A stretch of 21,129 nucleotides of DNA from Oligoflexus sp. (lineage in GTDB: Bacteria; Bdellovibrionota_B; Oligoflexia; Oligoflexales; Oligoflexaceae): NCBI GenBank assembly GCA_041736305.1, contig JBGSTX010000278.1:1-21129 (forward strand), written 5' to 3'. The translations under genes and the position numbers were made by a program. Below the pieces are notes generated by a model. It made no database searches. It was given only the letters and a program-made list of their open reading frames with translations, and had not been told where the DNA came from. Positions within the stretch are counted from its first letter, which is position 1. Each line of letters begins with the position of its first letter. Shown one piece after another: positions 8,042 through 17,265 of this stretch.

Positions 8042-8154
8042 GACTAGCAGCTGGGAAAATCCGGCTCCCTCTGGGGTGTCTCTTCTCTGTGAAGAGAAAT
8101 CCTGCCAAATTCCCCCTCGTCCTCAAGAACGAGCTTTCCCTTGGAGATGTCTTG

Positions 8155-9825
8155 ATGAATTGGGATAAAAAGTCGATTTCTGCCATCTTTTTATGCATCG
8201 TACTCTTTACCGCTTATATGGGTTACCTGCAGCACAAGTATCCCGAATATTATGCGGGGCAACAGACTAAGACAGGCGATACTGCCGAAGTCAAAATGCA
8301 AGGTGATGGCACGGCCGCCCCTGCAGTCACGGGTGACGGGAATCCTCCGGCTTCTGCTTCGGCTTCCGCTTCCTCCGCTGCAAACGCAGCAATCGCGCCC
8401 CAAATCCAACTTTCTCCAGAAGAATTACGCTTCGAAACTAACACCAGGGTTTTTGAATTTGATCAAAACCTTGCGGCGATCAAAAGCATCAAACTTAAAA
8501 ATTATCGCCATGATTTGGCCACGCAGCAGCCTGTCGAGCTGCTCGATGGGACGCTCACTATCCAAGGTACAATCCAGATCAGTGATCGTCTCGGCCGTCC
8601 TGGTTTTAGTGCGCAAAGAAGCGGCAATTCGATTATTTTCACCAAAGTGCAAGAAGGTTGGGAGGTCAAACAGACCTATACAATTCCCGCTGATGGATAC
8701 GGTCTAGATCTGCAGGTGAATTTCCGCAATCTTGAGAACACCGCAAAAGAGCTAAATGCCGGTGTACTCATGCAGGAAAACCTGGCCAAACCAGAGTCGG
8801 GTAGCAGCTTTTTTATGCCTTCCGACACCCAAAATTTCGCTTTTGTTTACGCCGTCGATGGTAAACATGAAGAAAAGTTGCTGCATGATTTTTGTAAAGA
8901 AGATGGCGGAGAGGGTTTAACTCTCAACAATGAAAAAGTCGATTTTATTGGAATTGACAAACATTACTTCCTCTCTCTCCTTTGGTCCAAAGGACAAGCT
9001 CTTAACTATGTCCTCGAACGGTCAGGGCCTCTTAAAGCACAGACCTGTCCTCTCAGCATGATGGCGTCCCAGAGTTTTGGGCTCGTCGAAGGTGGAAGCG
9101 AGGTCGGCTTCAAACTTGTTGGTTACTTCGGACCGAAGCAGCTCGAAGTACTAGAAGCTTTTGATCCTGCACTGAAGAACAGCCTCAAGCTCGGCTGGTT
9201 TTCTATCTTTGCTCATCCTCTCTTGGCATCTCTTAAGAGTCTATACGGCCTAGTGCATAACTACGGCATTGCTATTATCTTAATCACCTTTATCCTCAAG
9301 ATGCTGTTCTTTCCCCTGACCCGCGCTGCAGCGATTTCTATGAAGAAAATGCAGAAGCTACAGCCGGAGATGAACCGTCTCAGGGAGAAATTTAAGGACG
9401 ATCCTCAGCGTCAGCAGCGCGAACTCATGGCTTTCATGTCTCAACATAAAGTCAACCCCTTTAAGGGCTGTCTGCCTATTTTACCGCAGATTCCGGTTTT
9501 CATCGCATTTTATAACGTTTTGTCGCAGGCAATTGAGTTGAGGCATGCCCCGTTCTACGGCTGGTTGCAGGATCTTGCTAGCAAAGACCCCTACTACATC
9601 TCGCCGATCCTTCTCGGAATCGGGATGTTTGTGCAACAAAAATTGACTCCTAACCCCGGTATGGATAAGAATCAAGAAAAGATCATGCTCATGATGCCTA
9701 TAATTTTCACCGTGATGATGCTGTCGTTGCCAGCGGGAATGGTTCTTTACATGATGACCAATACGCTCGTCTCCATCCTGCAGCAGCAATGGTTGAACAA
9801 GAATTTGGCCAAGAAGTTCGACTGA
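8155..9825 (+). CDS. yidC: Membrane protein insertase YidC (Gram-negative type with periplasmic domain)
   Basis: N-terminal TM segment, YFGPK, GWF, NYGIAIILIT, GCLPILPQIPVFIAFY, ELRHAPF, WLQDL and LPAGMVLY. ATG 8155 with SD GGAG is preferred over GTG 8089. Confidence 0.96.
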   Translation: MNWDKKSISAIFLCIVLFTAYMGYLQHKYPEYYAGQQTKTGDTAEVKMQGDGTAAPAVTGDGNPPASASASASSAANAAIAPQIQLSPEELRFETNTRVFEFDQNLAAIKSIKLKNYRHDLATQQPVELLDGTLTIQGTIQISDRLGRPGFSAQRSGNSIIFTKVQEGWEVKQTYTIPADGYGLDLQVNFRNLENTAKELNAGVLMQENLAKPESGSSFFMPSDTQNFAFVYAVDGKHEEKLLHDFCKEDGGEGLTLNNEKVDFIGIDKHYFLSLLWSKGQALNYVLERSGPLKAQTCPLSMMASQSFGLVEGGSEVGFKLVGYFGPKQLEVLEAFDPALKNSLKLGWFSIFAHPLLASLKSLYGLVHNYGIAIILITFILKMLFFPLTRAAAISMKKMQKLQPEMNRLREKFKDDPQRQQRELMAFMSQHKVNPFKGCLPILPQIPVFIAFYNVLSQAIELRHAPFYGWLQDLASKDPYYISPILLGIGMFVQQKLTPNPGMDKNQEKIMLMMPIIFTVMMLSLPAGMVLYMMTNTLVSILQQQWLNKNLAKKFD

Positions 9826-9932
9826 AGAGTAGTCTAAGTCAGATAAAGACTTTAACTGCGTATTTGACCTGGCTGAACGCGTGTGAAGCAGTGAGAGGCT
9901 CGAGTTTGGATACAATGAGGAGACATAGATAG

Positions 9933-10676
9933 ATGCAGAATAAAGCCAGTGAAATTCGTGTAACGGCTAAGACCCTTGATTTGGCTCTGTCACAAGCAGC
10001 AGGCCTACTTCAAATCGATCAGAGTCAAGTGGATTACCGAGTTGTTTCACAGGGTGGCGGGATATTTGCTTTTCTCGGCAAAAAAATCGAGATAGCGGCT
10101 TGGAAAAAAGCTCCTGAAGCCGATGAAATCATGAGCGAGATGGAGAGCGGAGACGAGGTAGAAGAGTTGAGTCCCGCGGAAGTCGACGCTTTGCGGATTG
10201 ACCTTCAGCAGTTTTGCGGTGAAATTTGCAGTGCGATCAGTGGACAACCCGTTAAAGTTAAGGCCGATCTAAACGGCGGTAGGCTCGTCCTCGACTGTGA
10301 TGATGAATACCTTGCCAATCAGATCATTAAAAATAGCAAGCTAGCTGAAGCTCTCGAGCATATTCTTCGGAAGAAACCTCGCCATATCAAACGGGAACTA
10401 CCCTTCCGTATCTTCGTGGATGTCCAGGGAGTCCGACGTAAGCGTGAGACCGATCTTGTTGAACTAGCTCGCGATCTATCCGAAAAGGTCCATGAGAATA
10501 AGCGGCCCATCGTTCTGAATTACAAAAGTTCGTACGACCGAAAAATTATCCATATGGCTCTCGACAAAGATGAGCGTGTATACACGAAGTCGATAGGCAC
10601 AGGTCCAAACAGAAAACTTATGATCCTGCCGATTCGCAAGAAAGACGAACCCGAGCTTTATGATGAAAATAGTTGA
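9933..10676 (+). CDS. jag: Jag/EloR/KhpB family RNA-binding protein (Jag_N, degenerate KH, R3H)
   Basis: Jag_N TAKTLDLALSQAAGLL...GGIFAFLGKK, R3H motif SSYDRKIIH and TKSIGTGPNR. Conserved position between yidC and mnmE. SD GAGGAG. Confidence 0.9.
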   Translation: MQNKASEIRVTAKTLDLALSQAAGLLQIDQSQVDYRVVSQGGGIFAFLGKKIEIAAWKKAPEADEIMSEMESGDEVEELSPAEVDALRIDLQQFCGEICSAISGQPVKVKADLNGGRLVLDCDDEYLANQIIKNSKLAEALEHILRKKPRHIKRELPFRIFVDVQGVRRKRETDLVELARDLSEKVHENKRPIVLNYKSSYDRKIIHMALDKDERVYTKSIGTGPNRKLMILPIRKKDEPELYDENS

Positions 10677-12090
10677 TTCGAATCCACCCGCAATCGACCA
10701 GCCATCGAAAAGCCCGACTCAGGTCGGGCTTTCCGCTATCAACGAACCCATTGCAGCCCTGGGGACCGCTCCCGGTGCCGCTGCTCTCGCCGTGATCCGA
10801 CTCAGTGGTCAAGGCTGCCTGGAGGCCCTCGAGCGCTGTTTGCAACGACGCTCGCTTGCAGAAGTTCGCCCGCGCCAAGTTCAACTAGCCAAATTTATTG
10901 ATCCACGAAGCAATGAAACGATCGATGAGCTGCTGGTGAGTGTCTTTCACCAACCCGGCTCTTTCACGGGTGAAGACTTGGCAGAACTTTCTTGCCACGG
11001 CGGTCCCTACATTGTTCAGCGCATTTTGCAGGTCTTGTGGCAAGAAGGGCTTAGACCTGCTGAGCCAGGTGAATTTACCAAGCGAGCCTTTCTCAACGGC
11101 AAGATGGATCTGACAGTGGCGGAGGGCATCAAGGAACTGGTTGAAGCAAGCACGCATCAGCAGTGGCTTGCAGCCAGGCAGCTTGCTACAGGTCGCTTTG
11201 CAGATGAGATTGAGCGACTGCGATTGGGCCTTATCGAAGCCATGGCTTACCTGGCGGCGCGTATAGATTTTCCAGATGAAGGCGACACCCAGGGGGTGGA
11301 CCTTGGAATGGTCGATAGCAGAGTTCGAGAACTCGAGCGGCGTATCGTGCGTCTGGAGAAAAGCTATTCCTCGGGACGGGTTGCCGCACAAGGACTGAGA
11401 GTCGTCATCTTGGGACCTCCAAATATGGGGAAATCAACCCTACTCAATACCCTGCTCGGGCACGAGAGGGCCATCGTAACCGCAGAAGCAGGGACGACCC
11501 GCGACTACCTTGAGGAGAGTTGTCGCATCCGAGGTCGCCTCATCCGCTTGGTCGATACCGCGGGAATTCGGGAGACAGTAGATCAAATCGAAATGAGGGG
11601 AGTTGAACACTCACGACGTCTGGCTCGAGAGGCTGATCTTCTTCTACTACTGATCGCTGCCGATGCAAGCCAAGCCGAAAAGTCTCTGATCGAAGAAATG
11701 GCTGCAGCTGCGGGTTCGGAAAAATGCCTCATGATACTGACCAAAGCAGATTTAGGTCGGCCAGTCTGGGCGGATAATCTATTGGCTGTATCATGTCATA
11801 AGGCAGGCGATCTAGTCTCTTTAGAAGATGAAATCGTGCGACGTGTCGATGGTTATATTGGACAGCTGAACGAGGAACCCTTCGTCAGTTCGGCTCGGCA
11901 CTTGGCCGCTTTGCAAATAGCCCGCAGCAATATCGAAGCTTTCTTTGCAGCCGCTGAAGAAGGGCAGTATGATGAAGTTCTTGCGTTCGAGTTGCAGCAT
12001 GCGGCTCGAGCTTTGAGCGGAATTCTCGGTGCTGTCGATACAGAGGATATCCTCGATAAAATTTTCAGCGACTTTTGTGTCGGAAAATGA
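10660..12090 (+). CDS. mnmE: tRNA modification GTPase MnmE (TrmE)
   Basis: SFTGED, CHGG, AEPGEFTKRAFLNGKMDL, GPPNMGKS, GTTRD, DTAG and C-terminal IFSDFCVGK. Overlaps jag by 17 nt. Confidence 0.97.
   Translation: MMKIVDSNPPAIDQPSKSPTQVGLSAINEPIAALGTAPGAAALAVIRLSGQGCLEALERCLQRRSLAEVRPRQVQLAKFIDPRSNETIDELLVSVFHQPGSFTGEDLAELSCHGGPYIVQRILQVLWQEGLRPAEPGEFTKRAFLNGKMDLTVAEGIKELVEASTHQQWLAARQLATGRFADEIERLRLGLIEAMAYLAARIDFPDEGDTQGVDLGMVDSRVRELERRIVRLEKSYSSGRVAAQGLRVVILGPPNMGKSTLLNTLLGHERAIVTAEAGTTRDYLEESCRIRGRLIRLVDTAGIRETVDQIEMRGVEHSRRLAREADLLLLLIAADASQAEKSLIEEMAAAAGSEKCLMILTKADLGRPVWADNLLAVSCHKAGDLVSLEDEIVRRVDGYIGQLNEEPFVSSARHLAALQIARSNIEAFFAAAEEGQYDEVLAFELQHAARALSGILGAVDTEDILDKIFSDFCVGK
10709..10732 (+). 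terminator. Terminator-like hairpin downstream of jag, inside the mnmE 5' coding region
   Basis: Perfect 10-bp inverted repeat AAAGCCCGAC-TCAG-GTCGGGCTTT with a short U tail. Confidence 0.5.
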
Positions 12091-12118
12091 CAGTTCCCAA
12101 GTTCGGGTAAAAATTCCT

Positions 12119-12147
12119 TAGACTTCGGTGATTTGACATAGTAAAAT
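12119..12147 (+). promoter_or_regulatory. Putative sigma70 promoter for the ALDH-like gene
   Basis: TAGACT (12119-12124), 17-nt spacer, TAAAAT (12142-12147). Confidence 0.5.
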
Positions 12148-12272
12148 GCCAGTAGATCCAGTTTCATTTTGGAAGCTGTCGAACTGGTAAATAAGGCAGC
12201 TAAGAAGGCGCTACAGCTGACTTTGCCCGAACGCCTGGTGGACGTCTTTCAGCTGTCCAATAGGGGGAACCC

Positions 12273-13805
12273 ATGGGTTTCGAAGCTTTCTGTCAAGCAC
12301 TTCGCTCGCGCAGTTTTCCTATCGACTTTCCAGGGCACTTCATTGCAGGAGAATGGGTCCACGACCCTAAATCCGAAGTGCTGCCCGGCTCCCTGAACCC
12401 CTCGAGGGGGGAGCTACTCATGCGGGTCTTGGTCAGCAAAAAGATAGTCGAAAGCAGTATCGACTCTGCTGAACTAGCGGCTAAAGATCTCGCTGCCTTG
12501 TCTTTGGATCAAAGAGTTGAGTTCGTCTCTCGCCTTCGCCAAGTTGTCACAGATTATCAGTCTCAAATTGTCGAGGCTCTCTGCTTGGAGGTTGGCAAAC
12601 CGCGCTGGGAGGCTGAAGCTGACTTTCAGAGTTCGGTTCGTCAGCTCGATGCGATTCTTAAAGAGCGTAACCACATACGTGGTGCTCTGCTCGGGCCTAC
12701 ACAGCTCGCTTGGCCCGACAAAGAATTTGCTCTTCAGCCCAACGGAATAACGATTACTTTCCTGCCCTTTTCGACGGCGCTAGGGACCTTTATCCAGTGC
12801 CTTACCGGAAGTTTGATAGCAGGTTCGCCGCTGCTCATTATGCCTTCGTCGCACTCTGTTCTCTGTGGTGTCCTCTTCGCTCATATCCTCGATCGGATGG
12901 AGCTACCCCGTGGAAGTGTCAATGTCGTCTTCGGCAACTATCAGACTTTTGCTAAGACTCTCAGCGACCGACGGATACAGGCTGTGATCTATTCAGGTTC
13001 ACGTGAACATTGCGATGCCATTCGGCGCGATAATGTAAGTGCTCTGGGTCGTCAGCTGCTTTTGCAGTCAGGTGGAAAAAACGCAGCCATTGTTGAAAAG
13101 TCAGCCGATGTGAGTGAAGCCGTTCGCTGTGTGCTGTATGGCACCATCAAAAGTGCCGGGCAACTCAACACTTCAACGAGTCGAGCCTACATTCATGAAA
13201 GTATGGTCGAGGCCTTTAAAAAAGAGATGATTCGCATGGTCCGGGCACTGGAGATCGGTCCGACGGATGGACCTGCCAATCCTCATCTTGGACCACTGTA
13301 CGCACAGAAAGCGGTCGATAAATTTCTGCGCTACCAGACGATGGCCAAGCGTGAGGCAAGTGACACCTGGGTCTGGGGTAAAGTTTATAGTACCGGGAGT
13401 GCCGGCTACTTCGTTACGCCAGGTGTGCACTTTATGGATAGCATTGAAGCGACTTCCTCTTATCAGACCAATGTCCTCATGTGTCCCGATCTCGTGGTCC
13501 ATCAGTACCAAAATGTCGAAGATGCTATTCAGGCAGCGAATAATACGGAAGCCTCCCTCTGTACTTCACTGATCGGTGCGGTCGAAAAGGTGAGACCTTG
13601 GATGACTCAGTTGCAGACACCCAATATTCTCATCAACATGCCTACCGTTGGATTGGATGTTTACCCACCGGTTGCAGGACGCAAACTCTGCGGCGACTTT
13701 CGGGTCAACGGACTCGGGATTGCTTACCTTTTGACTTATCCGCAATCTTGCAATGTTCGCTCAGAAGATAAGCAGGACTTTGAAGGTTGGCCTTCTTTAG
13801 ATTGA
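12273..13805 (+). CDS. Aldehyde dehydrogenase-fold protein (AstD-like), predicted catalytically inactive
   Basis: ALDH scaffold motifs FIAGEW, NPSRGE, EVGKP, GSVNVVFG, SGS, GGKNA, SAGQ, LGPL and GYFVTPG are present, but the catalytic positions are substituted (LQSGGK, GQLNTS). SD GGGGGA. Confidence 0.88.
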   Translation: MGFEAFCQALRSRSFPIDFPGHFIAGEWVHDPKSEVLPGSLNPSRGELLMRVLVSKKIVESSIDSAELAAKDLAALSLDQRVEFVSRLRQVVTDYQSQIVEALCLEVGKPRWEAEADFQSSVRQLDAILKERNHIRGALLGPTQLAWPDKEFALQPNGITITFLPFSTALGTFIQCLTGSLIAGSPLLIMPSSHSVLCGVLFAHILDRMELPRGSVNVVFGNYQTFAKTLSDRRIQAVIYSGSREHCDAIRRDNVSALGRQLLLQSGGKNAAIVEKSADVSEAVRCVLYGTIKSAGQLNTSTSRAYIHESMVEAFKKEMIRMVRALEIGPTDGPANPHLGPLYAQKAVDKFLRYQTMAKREASDTWVWGKVYSTGSAGYFVTPGVHFMDSIEATSSYQTNVLMCPDLVVHQYQNVEDAIQAANNTEASLCTSLIGAVEKVRPWMTQLQTPNILINMPTVGLDVYPPVAGRKLCGDFRVNGLGIAYLLTYPQSCNVRSEDKQDFEGWPSLD

Positions 13806-13891
13806 TTGAGGACGAGACCTCTTTGTGCTTCTATGAGCCTTGAGTGCTTCCATGGCACGCGAAGTGTTCAAAATCTACAAAGAGGTGCTCC

Positions 13892-15667
13892 TTGCAAGAA
13901 AAGATCTTAAAGCTAGCTACCTACTGGGCCACTTCCCCAGTTTTTGATGCAGATACCCGGCAAGAGATCGCTCAGCTCTTGAGTAGTAAGAACGAAGCTG
14001 AGCTGACGGAACGCTTCTATCGAGATCTAGAGTTCGGTACCGGTGGCCTGCGTGGGGTCTTAGGCGCAGGCACCGCGCGCGTCAATATTTATAATATCCG
14101 TAAAGCAACCCAGGCGTTTGCCGACTATCTCAACGAGCACTTCGGCAAGACCGCTAAAAGCGTGGCCATTTCCTACGATTCCCGGCGCTTTTCTCGCGAA
14201 TTTGCTGAAGCATCAGCTGAAGTGATGGCGGCTAACGGAATCAGTGCCTACCTCACAAAAGAGCTACGACCCACGCCTATGCTCTCCTTTATGGTCAGGC
14301 ACTATAAGTGTCAGGGTGGAATTTGCGTAACTGCAAGTCACAATCCTCCAGCCTACAATGGATATAAGGTGTATTGGGCCACTGGCGGCCAAATTGTCCC
14401 ACCTCACGATGAGGAAGTGATTAAGCGCTACGGAGCTATGCAGAGCTATGAGAGCATCCGCTTTATGCCTTTTGCTGAAGCGGTGAAAAAGGGCCTAGTC
14501 AAGGAAGTCGGCAAGGAATTCGACGAAGCTTATTTCAAACGAGTTGAACAGCTTTCGGTCCGCTCAGAAGGACGGGAAAATTTCAAAATCGTCTACACTC
14601 CTTTGCACGGAACCGGGGCTTATCCCGTCCCTGAAGCTCTGCGGCGCTTTGGTTTTAAAGACGTCGTGCTGGTCCCTGAGCAAAAGGACCCCGATCCCGA
14701 TTTTCCAACAGTTAAATACCCCAATCCCGAAGACCCAGAAGCCATGCACATGGCGGTAGAGCTTGGTAAAAAACTCAAAGCCGATCTTGTACTCGGAACT
14801 GATCCCGACACCGACCGCATCGGTATCGTGGTGCGTGAGAAGGATGAGTATCGGATTTTCAACGGCAACCAGATCGGTTCATTGCTGATTGATTTTTATC
14901 TCTCAGGCATCAAAGATCGCGGGCGCATGCCTGCCAATCCTCTCGTAATCAAAACCATTGTCACAACTGACCAGCAAGAGAAAATAGCAGCCCACTACGG
15001 TGCAAGCTGCGCCGAGACCTTGACCGGATTTAAGTGGATCTGCCAACTGATCGATGATCTTGAAACAGGGAAGATAAAACCTTTCCGCGAGTACGTCTGC
15101 GGCGGCGAGGAGAGCTATGGCTTCCTCGCTGGATCCTTCGTGCGAGATAAAGATGCGGTCAGTGCCTGCTGCATAGCAGCTGAGATGGTTGCTTACTACA
15201 AGGCGCAGGGCAAGAATCTCTCACAGGTCCTCGACGAGCTCTATCGTCGTCATGGCGTCTATCTCGAATCGCTGGTGACTTTCACCTTTCCAGGTAAAGA
15301 GGGGGGCGAAAAAATAGCCCGCATGATGCAGCGCCTGCGGGAGGAAACTCCTCGCGAACTTGCTGGAGCCTTTGTAGAAAAATTGCGAGATTTGGAAAAA
15401 CGGCAAGAATTTGATCTGCGCTCCGGAGCTCAAGCCAAGGTGGTGCCTATCCCTCTGCCACGCTCAAACGTGCTACAATTTATTTTGAGCGACGGCTCTA
15501 AGGTAAGCGCTCGTCCTTCGGGGACGGAGCCAAAGATTAAATTCTATTTTTCTGTGCATAAGGCGCTTGCTCCTCAATCCAGTGATGCTGAGCTCAAACT
15601 AGCTAAAGAGGCTTGTGCTCAGCGGCTCATTGAGCTGGAACAGGCCTTCAAAGCTATGGCCCAATAG
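13892..15667 (+). CDS. Phospho-sugar mutase (phosphoglucomutase/phosphomannomutase family)
   Basis: [16 protein letters not shown] (phosphoserine), DPDTDR (metal loop), GEESYG and [15 protein letters not shown] 13892 after SD AGAGGT is preferred over GTG 13844. Confidence 0.93.
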   Translation: MQEKILKLATYWATSPVFDADTRQEIAQLLSSKNEAELTERFYRDLEFGTGGLRGVLGAGTARVNIYNIRKATQAFADYLNEHFGKTAKSVAISYDSRRFSREFAEASAEVMAANGISAYLTKELRPTPMLSFMVRHYKCQGGICVTASHNPPAYNGYKVYWATGGQIVPPHDEEVIKRYGAMQSYESIRFMPFAEAVKKGLVKEVGKEFDEAYFKRVEQLSVRSEGRENFKIVYTPLHGTGAYPVPEALRRFGFKDVVLVPEQKDPDPDFPTVKYPNPEDPEAMHMAVELGKKLKADLVLGTDPDTDRIGIVVREKDEYRIFNGNQIGSLLIDFYLSGIKDRGRMPANPLVIKTIVTTDQQEKIAAHYGASCAETLTGFKWICQLIDDLETGKIKPFREYVCGGEESYGFLAGSFVRDKDAVSACCIAAEMVAYYKAQGKNLSQVLDELYRRHGVYLESLVTFTFPGKEGGEKIARMMQRLREETPRELAGAFVEKLRDLEKRQEFDLRSGAQAKVVPIPLPRSNVLQFILSDGSKVSARPSGTEPKIKFYFSVHKALAPQSSDAELKLAKEACAQRLIELEQAFKAMAQ

Positions 15668-15759
15668 AGGCAGGTGTCCAGGTGCGGTAGCGGGTTTAAG
15701 GCCCGCCCTTCATTCTGCCTCCTGCTGGTTTTATAAGCCGATGGAGAGGATGGAGATCC

Positions 15760-16662
15760 ATGCTACGACTTCGCAATCTATTCAGCACTATGCTGCTGCT
15801 TCTTCCAGGAACCATTCTTCTTACAGCATCAGGAGCCAAGGCCGCCGACTATCGAAAGGCGACCGAAGGACAAGACGTAGTGATGGGCAAGCTCTACCCC
15901 AAGTCCGAGCGCATTGAGCTGGGTCTGCCTGAATTGGGCTTTGTCATGAATCAATCTTACGTCAGTACCTTGCTGGTCGGCGGCAGCGCAACCTACTTTA
16001 TGAGCGAAAGTCTGGGTTTTAGCGCTAATTTTACAACTGCGATCAACAACGATAAGCCTGAGCGTACCTGCATCGAAAATTTCTACTTTGATCCCAGCAA
16101 CGAAGTGGGTGTTGCGTGCGGTGAGGTAGGACTCCTCAAGAATACCGATGCTAACAACGACGGGTTTCCCCGCTATGGACCCGCTTACGTTCCTATTCGA
16201 GAGCTGCAGCAGGTACTGATGGCCAACGTTGTCTGGTCGCCCGTCTATGGTAAGCAGCTGCTCTTTCTCAGTGGTACGAGCTACTTTGATCTCTTTTTTG
16301 AACTCGGTTTTGGCTTCGCGACCTCGACCTTCTATCAGAAGGCTGATCGGCTCAAGAATGGTAACAAGCCGCGGGACAAATATATCGACCCCAATGACCC
16401 TATCAATGATAAAGAAGCGGCCAACGCCAGCAATGCCAAGATCGGCGCTTTGCCTGAGCAAACTAAATTTTATGGTATCGACGGCCGGCCCACGGCAAAA
16501 ACCGATAACAATCCTGTGCTGAATCTTGGGCTAGGACAGAAGTTTCACTTCGGCAGGCTTTTCCATTTCAAAGTTTTTGTTCGCAACATGACTCTATTAG
16601 GTACGGACAAGCAGTTTGAAAACCTACTGGCTATCTATGGTGGGGTTGGTTTGCGCTTCTAG
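15760..16662 (+). CDS. Outer-membrane beta-barrel protein (resembles the myxobacterial-type OMP family)
   Basis: Signal peptide, alternating amphipathic strands and terminal GVGLRF (Bam signal Phe). Motifs VVMGKLYPKSERIEL and WSPVYGK. Confidence 0.75.
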   Translation: MLRLRNLFSTMLLLLPGTILLTASGAKAADYRKATEGQDVVMGKLYPKSERIELGLPELGFVMNQSYVSTLLVGGSATYFMSESLGFSANFTTAINNDKPERTCIENFYFDPSNEVGVACGEVGLLKNTDANNDGFPRYGPAYVPIRELQQVLMANVVWSPVYGKQLLFLSGTSYFDLFFELGFGFATSTFYQKADRLKNGNKPRDKYIDPNDPINDKEAANASNAKIGALPEQTKFYGIDGRPTAKTDNNPVLNLGLGQKFHFGRLFHFKVFVRNMTLLGTDKQFENLLAIYGGVGLRF

Positions 16663-16678
16663 GTGCAGCTCAATGACG

Positions 16679-16696
16679 AAGGCCCTAACGGGCCTT
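16679..16696. terminator. Probable bidirectional terminator hairpin between the convergent OMP and ssb genes
   Basis: AAGGCCC-TAAC-GGGCCTT perfect 7-bp stem in a 58-nt convergent gap. U tails are short. Confidence 0.55.
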
Positions 16697-16720
16697 AAGT
16701 CAAACTGGAATTTATGTTCC

Positions 16721-17179
16721 CTAAAAAGGTATGTCATCTAGACTTGAATGATTTGAGTTCCCGAACATGCTGTCAGAATGTGGCTCGGCAGGTGGCGGGG
16801 TAAAGCTCGAAAGCTGCTGAGAAGCCTGATCGTTATTGGCTCGCCCTGCTCCCCCACCGATAAACTGAACATTCTGCGCCACAATCTCTGTAGCATAACG
16901 CTTTTGTCCAGACTGCTGGTCATCCCAAGATCGCGTCTGCAGTCGTCCCTCGACAAATACAGTTCGACCTTTAGTTAGATATTTCGCACAGTTTTCCGCC
17001 TGCTTACTCCACACGACGATACGATGCCATTCAGTTTTTTCTTGCCTATTGCCATTGTCAGTGCGTACATCCGTAGTGGCGACGTTGAGCGTGCAAACAG
17101 GAGTTCCTGTCGGCGTGTAACGCAGCTCGGGATCTTGACCAAGATTTCCAATGATAATGACCTTATTTACAGAAGCCAT
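16721..17179 (-). CDS. ssb: Single-stranded DNA-binding protein
   Basis: [41 protein letters not shown] and acidic tail DDIPF. Confidence 0.98.
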   Translation of the reverse strand: MASVNKVIIIGNLGQDPELRYTPTGTPVCTLNVATTDVRTDNGNRQEKTEWHRIVVWSKQAENCAKYLTKGRTVFVEGRLQTRSWDDQQSGQKRYATEIVAQNVQFIGGGAGRANNDQASQQLSSFTPPPAEPHSDSMFGNSNHSSLDDIPF

Positions 17180-17236
17180 TCGGCATACCTTTCTCGTCTT
17201 TAAGCACTAAGGCCTAAGCGGTGCCAGATCTTCGAT

Positions 17237-17265
17237 TGGACGCCGCGCCTCGGTGTGGTTATAAC
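17237..17265 (+). promoter_or_regulatory. Possible sigma70 promoter for the lipoprotein-smc genes
   Basis: TGGACG (17237-17242), 17-nt spacer, TATAAC (17260-17265). Confidence 0.3.

Noticed and set aside
8350..8380. GCTTCN hexamer tandem repeat
   Set aside because: It encodes an ordinary Ala-Ser low-complexity linker after the first TM segment of YidC.
12169..12396. 75-aa ORF overlapping the start of the ALDH-like gene
   Set aside because: TTG start without a clear SD, extensive out-of-frame overlap, and no motif.
12997..13008. 12-bp palindrome GTTCACGTGAAC resembling parS
   Set aside because: Five mismatches to TGTTTCACGTGAAACA when centred on CACGTG, single copy, and inside a CDS.
12273..13805. 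Calling the ALDH-like gene a pseudogene or a functional astD
   Set aside because: The ORF is full-length with no stops or frameshifts, yet the catalytic residues are missing, so neither label is supported.
15829..16461. 210-aa minus-strand ORF
   Set aside because: Antisense to the well-supported OMP gene with no family features.
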